Origin: an uncultured SAR86 cluster bacterium
GTDB lineage: Bacteria > Pseudomonadota > Gammaproteobacteria > Magnimaribacterales > D2472
DNA: 64,000 nt
NCBI GenBank assembly: GCA_902557645.1
Contig: CACEAP010000003.1
Span: 135,936-199,935, forward strand
Direction: 5' to 3'
The notes under the pieces: model-generated
Database searches by the model: none
What the model saw: only the letters and a program-made list of their open reading frames with translations
What the model was told of the DNA's origin: nothing
Shown here: positions 41,585-54,089 of the stretch, piece by piece
How positions within the stretch are numbered: position 1 is the stretch's first letter
Layout of the letters: every line of letters begins with the position of its first letter
Position numbers and translations under genes: made by a program

Positions 41585-42046
41585 ATGAACAATTACGAAA
41601 CAATATTAATCATTAATCCCAACCTATCCTCCAAGGTTGCTGATTTTCAAAAGAAATTTGAAAAACTGCTAACTGATAACTCATTTGAAATAAAAAAAGT
41701 AGAAGATATAGGCAGGAGACAACTTGCCTATTCAATAAATAATCACCATAAAGGGCATTATCTGCTATACCGTATGCAGGGAGATCCTAAAAATATATCT
41801 GAGATAGAAACTAAGATTAAGTATGACGAGGCTATCATTAGACATTTAATACTTGCTGTTAAAGACCTATCTGGAGAGGACTCAGTTTTATTAACTGAAG
41901 CATTAGAGAATAAGAATAAAAAATCTGAATCAGCTGAAGAACCTGAGAAGGCCGTAAAGGAAGATAAGAAGTTAGAGGAATCAACTAAAGAAGTCTCTGA
42001 CAAAGAGGATTCCAAAGATTCTCCTACCGAAGAAGAGGAAGCATAA
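41585..42046 (+). CDS. rpsF: 30S ribosomal protein S6 with long charged C-terminal tail
   Basis: [34 protein letters not shown]. Confidence 0.95.
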   Translation: MNNYETILIINPNLSSKVADFQKKFEKLLTDNSFEIKKVEDIGRRQLAYSINNHHKGHYLLYRMQGDPKNISEIETKIKYDEAIIRHLILAVKDLSGEDSVLLTEALENKNKKSESAEEPEKAVKEDKKLEESTKEVSDKEDSKDSPTEEEEA

Positions 42047-42240
42047 TGAAAAAGTTTCAATTACCAAATAATTTTGATTATAAAAATACTGATATCTTAA
42101 AGCAGTTTATTACTGAAACTGGGAAAATAGTTCCTGCAAGAGTTACTGGTATTTCAGCATCAAATCAAAGAAAGGTTACCAAATCTATAAAAATAGCAAG
42201 ATTTTTAGCTCTTCTCCCATACACGGATATGCATCAATAA
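42046..42240 (+). CDS. rpsR: 30S ribosomal protein S18 (short)
   Basis: [25 protein letters not shown]...ARFLALLPY. Confidence 0.96.
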   Translation: MKKFQLPNNFDYKNTDILKQFITETGKIVPARVTGISASNQRKVTKSIKIARFLALLPYTDMHQ

Positions 42241-42242
42241 TC

Positions 42243-42689
42243 ATGAAAATTATACTGTTAGATAGAATACAAAGGTTAGGTGAAATTGGTGACATAGTAG
42301 ATGTTAAGTCTGGCTATGCGAGGAATTTTCTAATTCCTCAGAAAAAAGCTGCTTTTGCTAGTGAAAAAAATATCGCTGAAGTTGAATCTAGAAAAGATGA
42401 ATTAGCTGCAGCCTCTGCAGATGCTTTAGCTCAAGCACAAGGAAGAGCTGCAACTATAGAGGGAGCTTCATGTGAAATAAAAGTTCCAGTTACTGAAGAA
42501 GGAGCTCTTTACGGTTCTGTTGGTACTAGAGAAATAGCTGATGCATTTGTTGCTATTGACATTAATATTGATAAAAGTGAAGTGCAATTACCTGATGGAC
42601 CTATTAAAGAACAGGGTGATCATAGTATTTTTATAGCTCTTCATTCTGAAGTTTCTGTTGAAGTTTTAGTTAAAGTATTGCCAGAGTAG
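42243..42689 (+). CDS. rplI: 50S ribosomal protein L9
   Basis: LGEIGDIVDVKSGYARNFLIP, LYGSVG. Confidence 0.97.
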   Translation: MKIILLDRIQRLGEIGDIVDVKSGYARNFLIPQKKAAFASEKNIAEVESRKDELAAASADALAQAQGRAATIEGASCEIKVPVTEEGALYGSVGTREIADAFVAIDINIDKSEVQLPDGPIKEQGDHSIFIALHSEVSVEVLVKVLPE

Positions 42690-42726
42690 TTGTGTATTTT
42701 AAAATATGATGTAAAAATCATGTTTC

Positions 42727-44100
42727 ATGTCTGATATAACGCAAAATATAAACGAGCAAGCAAGGGAGGCCGAAAGAGCTGTTTTGGGCGGCCTTATGCT
42801 TGAAACTGAAAGATTCGATACAGTCACTCCTATAATCAATCATGAAGATTTTCAAGGAAAAGACCACCAATTGATTTATGAATCAATGTTTGAGCTTATT
42901 GAAGAGAATAAACCTCTTGACCCTATAACGGTTTCTGAAAAATTAGATAATAAAAATCTACTTAATAAAATTGGTGGCAAAAATTATCTAATTGAGTTAG
43001 CTACAAGCACACCTACTGCTGCCAATATAGAAGCATATGCTGAGATAATCAGACAAAGGTCTATTACTCGCCAACTCATGAAAACAAATTCTGAGATTGC
43101 TGAGTTAATTAATAATCCTCAAGGACAAGATGGTGCTAGCCTTTTAAATGAGGCTGAAAGAAAAATTTTTGCACTTAATGAGCAAGCAAATTTATCTGAC
43201 AGCGCATTACAGTCAATGAATGAACTCATTCCTGCAACAATGGATAGACTCCATGAATTATCTAAAATGGGAAGGGGTAATATCATTGGTAATTCTACAG
43301 GTTTTAAAGATTTAGATACAAAGTTACAGGGAGTTCAAAATGGAGATTTGATTGTTGTAGCTGGAAGACCGAGTATGGGTAAGACTGCGTTTGCAATGAA
43401 TCTAGCAGAAAATGTTCTTTTAAATGAGGATAATGAAGGCGCAGTTTTAATTTTTAGTTTAGAAATGCCAGGAGAGTCATTAACAACTAGATTGCTTTCA
43501 GGCATGTGTAAAATTGATCAACAAAAAGTAAGGTCTGGCATGCTCAAAGACAATGAATTGAAGCAAATATTTGAAGAGGGTGAACGATTAAAGAATAAAC
43601 CATTATATATTGATGATAGCTCTTTGCTATCACCTATGGAGCTTTTAGCAAAATCTAGAAGACTTCATAGATCAGAAGAAAATGGATTGTCTCTTATTGT
43701 TGTTGACTATCTTCAATTGATGCAGGTACCTGGATCAACTGAAAATAGAGTTAATCAGATTTCTGAAATATCAAGATCATTAAAATCATTAGCAAGAGAG
43801 TTAAATGTTCCAGTCATTGCACTATCGCAGTTGAATAGAGGTGTGGATTCAAGACCAAACAGAAGACCAATTATGTCAGATTTAAGAGACTCTGGAGCAA
43901 TTGAGCAGGATGCAGATGTTATTTTATTCCTATATAGAGATGAGGTTTATAATGAAGATTCAGACCAAGGCAATAAAGCAGAAATAATAATTGGCAAGCA
44001 AAGGAATGGCCCTATAGGAACTTGCTATCTAACTTTCTTAAAAGAATATACACGATTTGAAAATTTCTCAAATGATGGATTTTACGATTCATTTGAATGA
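42727..44100 (+). CDS. dnaB: Replicative DNA helicase
   Basis: AERAVLGGL, AGRPSMGKT, VDYLQL, LSQLNR, SDLRDSGAIEQDAD, KQRNGP; no intein. Confidence 0.97.
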   Translation: MSDITQNINEQAREAERAVLGGLMLETERFDTVTPIINHEDFQGKDHQLIYESMFELIEENKPLDPITVSEKLDNKNLLNKIGGKNYLIELATSTPTAANIEAYAEIIRQRSITRQLMKTNSEIAELINNPQGQDGASLLNEAERKIFALNEQANLSDSALQSMNELIPATMDRLHELSKMGRGNIIGNSTGFKDLDTKLQGVQNGDLIVVAGRPSMGKTAFAMNLAENVLLNEDNEGAVLIFSLEMPGESLTTRLLSGMCKIDQQKVRSGMLKDNELKQIFEEGERLKNKPLYIDDSSLLSPMELLAKSRRLHRSEENGLSLIVVDYLQLMQVPGSTENRVNQISEISRSLKSLARELNVPVIALSQLNRGVDSRPNRRPIMSDLRDSGAIEQDADVILFLYRDEVYNEDSDQGNKAEIIIGKQRNGPIGTCYLTFLKEYTRFENFSNDGFYDSFE

Positions 44101-45152
44101 GAGAACCATCAGCAGAGCTCATAATCGATATAGATAGAATTAGAAATAATATTATCTATTTAAAATCTTTACTTAAACCTGATACTAAATTTATGGCTAT
44201 ATTAAAAGCTAATGCATATGGCCATGGTTTGAATATTATATCGAAATCAATTGATGATCTTGTGGATGGCTATGGTTTAGTGAGATTAGAAGAAGCCACT
44301 TCAGTTAGAAAATATACATCAAAAAAAATACTTTTAATGCAAGGTGTATATTCTGAAGATGATTTTAAAATTGCATACGATAATAAATTTGATTTAGTAG
44401 TGCATAACAAAAATCAGTTATTTGCTTTTGAAAACTCAGATATCAATATATGGTTAAAAGTAAACACTGGAATGAACAGACTTGGTTTTCTTCCAGAAGA
44501 GATAATATCTCTGCATAAGTTGTATGATTTAGATAAAAGGAAGTATGTATTAATGTCTCATTTGGCATGCTCTGATAACCCCAAAGATCAATTAAATGAA
44601 AAACAATTCAAATCATTTGATCAGCTTGCTGATGCATTAGAAGCTAATTTTGAAAAAAGTATAGGCAATACTGGTTGTATTTTAAATTATCCAGATCAAT
44701 GTTTTGACTGGGTAAGATCAGGTATTGGTTTATATGGTGGGGTTCTTGGAAATAATAAATTAAAATCAGCAATGACTTTTAGGTCACAGGTTATAGAAAT
44801 TAGAAATATAAAACAGAATGATAGAGTAGGCTATAACGGAAGAGTTATTGCAAAAAAAGATATGAAAATCGCTATTGTCTATGCAGGATATGCTGACGGC
44901 TTCCCTCAATCAATCATGGATAATTCTAAAGTAGTGATCAATGATCAAGTCGCAGAAACATTTGGCCAAGTAAGCATGGATCTTATATCAATAGACGTAA
45001 CTAATATATCTAATTGTAATATTGGTGACTGGTGTATACTTTGGAACGAAGAGTATACTCATACGAACATAGCAAAAGACAGTAATTTGATTTCGTATGA
45101 ACTTATGACTAGGATAACCCCTAGAGTTAAAGTTATTTATGAGAATTTATGA
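44097..45152 (+). CDS. alr: Alanine racemase
   Basis: AILKANAYGHG (PLP lysine), KVNTGMNRLG, GYADG, VSMD, SYEL. Confidence 0.95.
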   Translation: MREPSAELIIDIDRIRNNIIYLKSLLKPDTKFMAILKANAYGHGLNIISKSIDDLVDGYGLVRLEEATSVRKYTSKKILLMQGVYSEDDFKIAYDNKFDLVVHNKNQLFAFENSDINIWLKVNTGMNRLGFLPEEIISLHKLYDLDKRKYVLMSHLACSDNPKDQLNEKQFKSFDQLADALEANFEKSIGNTGCILNYPDQCFDWVRSGIGLYGGVLGNNKLKSAMTFRSQVIEIRNIKQNDRVGYNGRVIAKKDMKIAIVYAGYADGFPQSIMDNSKVVINDQVAETFGQVSMDLISIDVTNISNCNIGDWCILWNEEYTHTNIAKDSNLISYELMTRITPRVKVIYENL

Positions 45153-46228
45153 AAATTAACTATGTAAAAGAAAACTTAAGAAAAATCACTTATGAAGATG
45201 ATTTTCCAGAGTATATGACAGAAAAACATGCAGAAGATATTGCAGAAGTTTTTAATACTCCTTTAACTGGTTCATACAATTGGGATTACAGAATTCAGGA
45301 TAATAGAATTAAGCGACTTTATGAGTTAGGTAAAGAGCTTAATTGGAATGTTGAAATGGATATCAATTGGGATAGACCATACGAAGAACTAAAAGAACCA
45401 TTTCCTATTTTCTGGGATGATTATCCTCCATATAAAAAAATGTCAGATGCTCAAAAATTAGATTTTTTAAAACATCGACAATCTTGGAGTATGAGTCAGT
45501 TTTTACATGGAGAGCAGGGTGCTGTTTTAGTAGCTTCTCAATTGACTAGTTGTGCACCAACTTTTAATGCAAAACTTTACGCAGCCTCTCAGACTTTTGA
45601 TGAAGCAAGGCATGTTGAAGCTTTTAATAAATACATCCAAACAAGAATGAAGTTGATGTATCCAATTGGGAATGAATTAAAATCAATTCTCGATAAGATT
45701 CTTACCGATGAAAGATGGGATCTAAAATTTATTGGAATGCAAATCATTATTGAGGGTTTAGCTTTGGCTGCATTTCAATCCTCAAGAGATCTAACTACTG
45801 ATCCAGTCCTAAAAGATATGCTTGGATTAATTATAAGAGATGAAGCAAGACATGTAACTTTTGGAGTTAATTATTTAGAAGAATTTGTATCTACTTTGTC
45901 AAAAGATGAGATAGAAGAAAGAGCACAATTTGCCTATGAAGCATGTTTATTAAGTCGTCAAAGACTTGTATCAACTGATGTATTCGATCATTTTGGTTGG
46001 GATGTTGAAGAAGCAAGGTTATTTCAGCAATCTTCAGACATTAATAAAATGTTTCAAAAATTACTCTTTCAAAGAGTTGTTCCTAATTTATCTAGAATCG
46101 GTTTATTAACTGATTCTGTTAGAGAAAATTTTGATAAGCTTGGTATACTTGAGTATGAAGACGCTCAAAGTGACTACGAAGTAGATTGGGCTGATTTATC
46201 TAGGCCTTTATTTGAAGATTCTGCTTAA
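45149..46228 (+). CDS. Ferritin-like carboxylate-bridged diiron protein of unknown function
   Basis: Duplicated ligand set: FLHGEQGA...DEARH and IIEGLA...RDEARH. Confidence 0.8.
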   Translation: MKINYVKENLRKITYEDDFPEYMTEKHAEDIAEVFNTPLTGSYNWDYRIQDNRIKRLYELGKELNWNVEMDINWDRPYEELKEPFPIFWDDYPPYKKMSDAQKLDFLKHRQSWSMSQFLHGEQGAVLVASQLTSCAPTFNAKLYAASQTFDEARHVEAFNKYIQTRMKLMYPIGNELKSILDKILTDERWDLKFIGMQIIIEGLALAAFQSSRDLTTDPVLKDMLGLIIRDEARHVTFGVNYLEEFVSTLSKDEIEERAQFAYEACLLSRQRLVSTDVFDHFGWDVEEARLFQQSSDINKMFQKLLFQRVVPNLSRIGLLTDSVRENFDKLGILEYEDAQSDYEVDWADLSRPLFEDSA

Positions 46229-46286
46229 TTTCATTTATCAATTAACTATTATCTGATATTCTGTTATCCCATCATATAAAAATTAA

Positions 46287-48757
<2,471 letters not shown>

Positions 48758-48762
48758 TATTT

Positions 48763-50037
48763 ATGTCAACAATAAAATCAATTAAAGCTATCCAAGTTTT
48801 AGATTCAAGAGGCGTCCCAACAGTCGCTTGCAGAGTATCTCTTGATAATGGCACTTCTGCAGAAGTCAAAGTACCCAGTGGAGCATCTACAGGCTCTAAA
48901 GAAGCTTTAGAATTAAGGGATGGCGAAAGTATATTTCTTGGAAAAGGAGTTATGAGAGCTGTAAAAAATATCAATACTTTTATACAGCCTGCATTCATAG
49001 GAAGAAATCCATTTGAGCAAGAAAAAATTGATAATGAATTAATATTATTAGATGGCACAGATTCAAAATCCAAACTTGGAGCCAATTCAATTTTAGCTGT
49101 ATCACTAGCAATGTGTAGAGTGGCTGCTAAAGATAAGAAAATAAGTTTGTTCAACCATTTTAGCAATATTTATAAGGACATTACTGGCAACACAGTGAAG
49201 CCTAGCCTTCCAATGCCTATGTTAAATATTCTGAATGGCGGAGAGCATGCAGACAATAATATAGATATCCAAGAATTTATGATTATTCCAAAGGGAGCTT
49301 CAAGCTTTAGTGAGGCAATTAGATGGTCTTCTGAAATATATTGGAATCTTAAAAATATCTTAAAAGAAAAAGATCTAGCCACTGCTGTTGGAGATGAGGG
49401 TGGATTTGCACCTAACCTTAATTCAAATGAAGATGCTATTAAGCTGATTATTGAATCTATTGAAAAATCAAATCTTGAAGCAGGAAAAGATATTTTTCTT
49501 GCTTTAGATTGTGCTGCAAGTGAATTTTATAAAAATGAGAGTTATCATTTAGTGGGTGAAGGAAAATCATTGGATTCAGAGCAATTTGCAAATTATTTAG
49601 CCGACTTAGTTAATAAATATCCAATTATTTCTATTGAGGATGGAATGGATGAGGATGATTTAGTTGGCTGGAAGTTACTTACTGAAAAAATAGGTTCAAA
49701 GTGTCAATTAGTTGGAGATGATTTATTTGTGACCAATCCAAAAATTTTCCAAGATGGAATTGACGCAGGTTTGGCAAATGCAATATTAATTAAATTTAAT
49801 CAAATAGGATCAATAACAGAAACCATTAAGACTATTGATATAGCAAATCTAAATAATTATGCTTCAATTGTCTCACATAGATCAGGTGAAACAGAAGATA
49901 CAACAATTGCTGATTTAGCAGTCGGTCTTGGGGTGGGGCAAATTAAGACAGGAGCGCCATGCCGATCTGATAGAGTTGCTAAATATAATCGTCTTTTATG
50001 GATTGAAGATGATTATTCTGATCTTCATATTGGCTAA
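48763..50037 (+). CDS. eno: Enolase
   Basis: [43 protein letters not shown]. Confidence 0.98.
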   Translation: MSTIKSIKAIQVLDSRGVPTVACRVSLDNGTSAEVKVPSGASTGSKEALELRDGESIFLGKGVMRAVKNINTFIQPAFIGRNPFEQEKIDNELILLDGTDSKSKLGANSILAVSLAMCRVAAKDKKISLFNHFSNIYKDITGNTVKPSLPMPMLNILNGGEHADNNIDIQEFMIIPKGASSFSEAIRWSSEIYWNLKNILKEKDLATAVGDEGGFAPNLNSNEDAIKLIIESIEKSNLEAGKDIFLALDCAASEFYKNESYHLVGEGKSLDSEQFANYLADLVNKYPIISIEDGMDEDDLVGWKLLTEKIGSKCQLVGDDLFVTNPKIFQDGIDAGLANAILIKFNQIGSITETIKTIDIANLNNYASIVSHRSGETEDTTIADLAVGLGVGQIKTGAPCRSDRVAKYNRLLWIEDDYSDLHIG

Positions 50038-50342
50038 TGAAGAAATTACCTCTTTATATAATTATTTTTTTATCGTTAATTATTTTAATCCTCTTTTACA
50101 ATCTCTTTGTAAGTGAAAATGGTTATAAAGAGAGAGGTAATTTAATTATTGAGAACCAAGAATTGACTAATAGAAATGACAGCATAAAAGATGCCAATGA
50201 AGAGTTAATATTTGAAATTGTTAATGCGCAAGATAATGAAGAGCATATTGAGAACTATGCTAGAGAAAATCTTAATTTATCAATGCCAGATGAAGAGTTT
50301 ATAAAATTTAATAATACAGATTTAGAAAATCAAAATGATTAA
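50037..50342 (+). CDS. ftsB: Cell division protein FtsB (septum formation initiator)
   Basis: TM plus coiled coil, IENYARENLNL; conserved eno-ftsB-ispD order. Confidence 0.88.
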   Translation: MKKLPLYIIIFLSLIILILFYNLFVSENGYKERGNLIIENQELTNRNDSIKDANEELIFEIVNAQDNEEHIENYARENLNLSMPDEEFIKFNNTDLENQND

Positions 50343-51486
50343 AAATAATATTTTAGCTATTATTCCAGCAGCAGGGATTGGTTCAAGATTCTTATCTAAT
50401 ATGCCAAAACAATATTCGTCTATCAATGAGACAAACATTATTCAAAAAACTGTTAGTGCTTTTATTCATTCCTCTACTATTTCTAAAATTATTATTCCTG
50501 TGAATAAGAATGATCAATACATTAAAGAGCAAGAATTTTATAAAGACCCTAAGATAAAGATTATTCAAGGAGGAGATACTAGAGCCAAGTCAGTTTTAAA
50601 TGCACTAAGCTGTATAGATCTAAAAGATTATGATTATGTTTTAACTCACGATGTAGCAAGGCCTAACATTAAAGGTGATGATATTAATTTAATAGTAGAA
50701 ACAATATTAAGTAAAAAGGCAGATTGTTTGTATTTTTATACCCCTATTAATGAATCTATAAAACAAATTTCTAAAAATAAAGATATAACAGTTGATAGAG
50801 ATGATTTTTTTATAGTGCAAACTCCCCAGATTTGTAAAATAGACAAATTATATAATGCCCTTATATCAGCAATAGATGATTCTATTGATGTTCCTGATGA
50901 GTCTTATGCTATGGAGAGAATGGGTTATAAAGTTTTAAAAATTCTTGGAAATTCTTCAAATATAAAAGTTACTTTCCCTGAAGATCTTGAACTAGTTAAT
51001 AAATTTAATACAAGAACTGGGACTGGCTTTGATCTGCACACATATCAACCTGGAACTGGTTTTATTTTAGGAGGACATTTTATTGATTGCGATTATTCAA
51101 TTAATGCTCATTCTGATGGAGATGTTTTATTGCATTCTATTGCTGATGCTATATTAGGAGCTGCAGCGCTTGGGGATATTGGTTTATTTTTTCCAGATAA
51201 TGATCAAAAAAATAAAGACCTAGATAGTAAACAAATTATAGAACTATGTATGAATGAAATTTCTAAATTAGATCTAGAAATTTATAATATTGATGCAACT
51301 ATTATATGTGAAGAGCCGAAAATAAACCCTATTCGAAAAGAAATCCTTACCTCTCTTGCAAGCATTTTTCAAATTGATCAAGCAAAAATTGGTTTAAAGG
51401 CCACAACCTCGGAAAAGATTGGTATTATTGGAAAAAATAAAGCTATTGCTGTTCAAACTGCTGTAAATCTTAAGTACAAAGAATGA
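50335..51486 (+). CDS. ispDF: Bifunctional IspD/IspF (MEP pathway)
   Basis: IspD motifs PAAGIGSRF, PKQY, HDVARP, QTPQ fused to IspF motifs GFDLH, HSDGDVLLH, KATTSE. Confidence 0.93.
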   Translation: MIKNNILAIIPAAGIGSRFLSNMPKQYSSINETNIIQKTVSAFIHSSTISKIIIPVNKNDQYIKEQEFYKDPKIKIIQGGDTRAKSVLNALSCIDLKDYDYVLTHDVARPNIKGDDINLIVETILSKKADCLYFYTPINESIKQISKNKDITVDRDDFFIVQTPQICKIDKLYNALISAIDDSIDVPDESYAMERMGYKVLKILGNSSNIKVTFPEDLELVNKFNTRTGTGFDLHTYQPGTGFILGGHFIDCDYSINAHSDGDVLLHSIADAILGAAALGDIGLFFPDNDQKNKDLDSKQIIELCMNEISKLDLEIYNIDATIICEEPKINPIRKEILTSLASIFQIDQAKIGLKATTSEKIGIIGKNKAIAVQTAVNLKYKE

Positions 51487-52229
51487 AAATTTTATTAACC
51501 AATGATGATGGATATGATGCGCCAAATATTCAAGCGTTATACAAGGTTTTATCACAATTTCATGAGGTGTTTATAATAGCACCAGCTAAGAATTGTAGTG
51601 GAATGAGTGCTGCAATTTCTTTTCTAAAAGAAACTGAAATTAAGAAATTAGATGATCATACTTATGCAGTTGATGGCACACCTGCTGATTGTACATATTT
51701 TGGGCTTTTAAGTGTTTTAGATTTTGAACCAGATATGGTTGTATCTGGAATAAATCATGGTGCAAATTTAGGAAATGATGTTTTATATTCAGGTACTGTT
51801 GGCGCAGCTGTTGGAGGAAGAAATTTAAAATTTCCTCCTGTAGCTATTTCAGTGGCATCATATGATGCACAAGATCCAGAATATATTGCAAATAAATCAG
51901 TAGAAATTATTAATACAATTTTTGATAATCCATCTGAATTTTCTAATAGAGTTATTAATATAAATTTTCCTGATCTAGCTGAAAAAGATATAAAAGGAAT
52001 TAAATTTACAAGATTATCTCGAAGAGGAGTTCCGGCAAAACCTCTTGAAGTCTCCTCATCTGAAAATTCAAAAACCTATAGATATAATTTGCAAGGAGAG
52101 CCTATTAAAGAAGATTATTTATCAGATGTAGAGGCCGTTCAATCAGGTTTTATATCTCTTTCATTTCTTGATTACAATTTAACTGCTGATAATCAAGACG
52201 ACCCATTAATCAATATTCTGTGTAAATGA
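51483..52229 (+). CDS. surE: 5'/3'-nucleotidase SurE
   Basis: ILLTNDDG, GTPADC, SGINHGANLG, YSGTVGAA. Confidence 0.96.
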   Translation: MKILLTNDDGYDAPNIQALYKVLSQFHEVFIIAPAKNCSGMSAAISFLKETEIKKLDDHTYAVDGTPADCTYFGLLSVLDFEPDMVVSGINHGANLGNDVLYSGTVGAAVGGRNLKFPPVAISVASYDAQDPEYIANKSVEIINTIFDNPSEFSNRVININFPDLAEKDIKGIKFTRLSRRGVPAKPLEVSSSENSKTYRYNLQGEPIKEDYLSDVEAVQSGFISLSFLDYNLTADNQDDPLINILCK

Positions 52230-52903
52230 GTAATTCTGGTTTTACCTTTAGAAGAGTTCGGGAGGAAATGATCGAAACTCTCCTCGAAATGGGAATAAAA
52301 GATTTTAGAGTTTTAGATGCTATGGCTCAAATACCTAGGCACATATTTATAGATGAGGCTTTAAGATCTAGGGCCTATGAAAATAGATCCCTTACAATCG
52401 GATACCAACAAACCATATCTCAGCCATACATAGTTGCGAGAATGACAGAGTTACTAATATCTAATACTCAGAGTAGAGGAATATTATTTAAAAATATCCT
52501 TGAATTAGGTTCTGGATGTGGTTATCAGTCTGCTGTTTTATCTTATTTTGCTGAAGAAATTCATGCTATAGAGAGAATCAAGCCTTTAGTAAAAAAATCG
52601 AGAGAAAATCTCAGTGAGCTAAAAATATTTAATGTTGTTGTAAGGCATGGAGATGGATATCAAGATTGGGATGAAAATAAAAACTATGAGGGAGTTATTT
52701 GTGCGGCGGCCCCAAGGGAGTTCCCAGAAGATTTACTAAGTTGTTGTGAGGAAAATTCAAAAATTATTATGCCTATAGGAAATTCTGATGAGCAAAAACT
52801 ATCAGTTATTACCAAGCTTAAAGATAGTTTTGAAGAAGAGCTCTATGATGAAGTTGCATTTGTTCCGATGCTTCCAGGCAAGTCACTTAATGGAAATGAT
52901 TAA
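52226..52903 (+). CDS. pcm: Protein-L-isoaspartate O-methyltransferase
   Basis: PRHIF, QTISQPYIVARM, LELGSGCGYQ, FVPML. Confidence 0.95.
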   Translation: MSNSGFTFRRVREEMIETLLEMGIKDFRVLDAMAQIPRHIFIDEALRSRAYENRSLTIGYQQTISQPYIVARMTELLISNTQSRGILFKNILELGSGCGYQSAVLSYFAEEIHAIERIKPLVKKSRENLSELKIFNVVVRHGDGYQDWDENKNYEGVICAAAPREFPEDLLSCCEENSKIIMPIGNSDEQKLSVITKLKDSFEEELYDEVAFVPMLPGKSLNGND

Positions 52904-53625
52904 TGAATGAGAGATTAAAGTTTGTAATAGCTGGAATATTTGTTGGATTTGCAGAGTTGCTTCCTGGCATCTCTGGATCCACAGTAGCTATATTCTTTGG
53001 TATATATGAAAAGTTAATAAAAATTTTAAGCGAACTAAAGTTTAGCAATCTTCATTTCAACCCTACAAAGTTAAATAATATTTTTTCTTTAGATTTAGTT
53101 TTACCATTCATTGCTTCAATGATAATCAGTGTATTGGTCTTCTCAAATTTAATTTTATTTCTTCATAGCGAATTTACTGTAATTTTTAATATTATTTTAG
53201 GAGTAATTATGTTTATAGGAGGGTGTTTACTAGCCTATAAACAAATATCTAGATGGAGTCTTAATATTTTTGTTTATTTTTTATTAGGCTTTGTAATAGG
53301 TATTATTATTTCATTTTTTCCTAGTAACCTCATTAACCTAAGTTTTTTTAATCTCATTATTATTGGTTTTGTAGCTTTTTCTTTTTTTCTTATCCCGGGC
53401 GTTTCTGGAAGTGCAATACTTCTTATTTTTGGGTTTTATAAAGCTGTAATTGAGGCGATTACCAATTTAAACTTTTTGATTCTAATGCCATTTGCTATGG
53501 GAGCGTTATTGTCACTTTTAACAATGCCAAAACTTATAAGCTATTTATTAGATTCTTACCAAGATTCAATTATTGTATTTTTTAGTGGTCTAATTATATG
53601 CTCGGGAATTATTTTAATTATTTAA
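52903..53625 (+). CDS. DUF368-family membrane protein (putative undecaprenyl-phosphate translocase)
   Basis: Twin PGISGS / PGVSGS motifs in a multi-TM protein. Confidence 0.85.
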   Translation: MNERLKFVIAGIFVGFAELLPGISGSTVAIFFGIYEKLIKILSELKFSNLHFNPTKLNNIFSLDLVLPFIASMIISVLVFSNLILFLHSEFTVIFNIILGVIMFIGGCLLAYKQISRWSLNIFVYFLLGFVIGIIISFFPSNLINLSFFNLIIIGFVAFSFFLIPGVSGSAILLIFGFYKAVIEAITNLNFLILMPFAMGALLSLLTMPKLISYLLDSYQDSIIVFFSGLIICSGIILII

Positions 53626-53650
53626 TCTAAGATTTATAAAGATAATAATT

Positions 53651-53974
53651 TTATACGTCGATAAAGTGCCTTTTATTTTTTATAGACTTATATTTTTCTG
53701 ATTCAGGCAATGGCTCTCGAGCTTCGGTTATATTTTCATAAACTTCAGAAAGTCGAGCATTTATCTCTATAAAATCAATTTGATCGTTTGGCAATTCATC
53801 ATCTGCAAAAATTGCTTCTATCGGACATTCGGGGACGCATAATCCGCAATCAATACATTCATCTGGATGAATAACCAGAAATTCAGGACCTTCATAAAAA
53901 CAGTCCACAGGACATACTTCAACACAATCAGTAAGTTTGCATTTAATACAAGTTTCTGTAACAACGAATGTCAT
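53651..53974 (-). CDS. fdxA: 7Fe ferredoxin (FdxA type)
   Basis: [18 protein letters not shown]...[12 protein letters not shown]. Confidence 0.95.
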   Translation of the reverse strand: MTFVVTETCIKCKLTDCVEVCPVDCFYEGPEFLVIHPDECIDCGLCVPECPIEAIFADDELPNDQIDFIEINARLSEVYENITEAREPLPESEKYKSIKNKRHFIDV

Positions 53975-54061
53975 AATTATCTTTTAAAGAAAAAACGATT
54001 TTAACGTACAAAAAAACAAAATTATAGAAAACTATTTGATTTATAGAGATTTTCTATTATA

Positions 54062-54077
54062 CTGTATAAATATACAG
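54062..54077. promoter_or_regulatory. LexA (SOS) box upstream of recA
   Basis: CTGTATAAATATACAG matches CTGT-N8-ACAG and overlaps a putative promoter (TTGATT 54036, TATACT 54058). Confidence 0.9.
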
Positions 54078-54089
54078 TAAGGAGTAATC

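Noticed and set aside
45149-46228. Calling the diiron protein a ribonucleotide reductase beta subunit because it is near dnaB
   Set aside because: There is no adjacent alpha subunit and no recognisable NrdB-specific sequence beyond the generic ExxH ligands.
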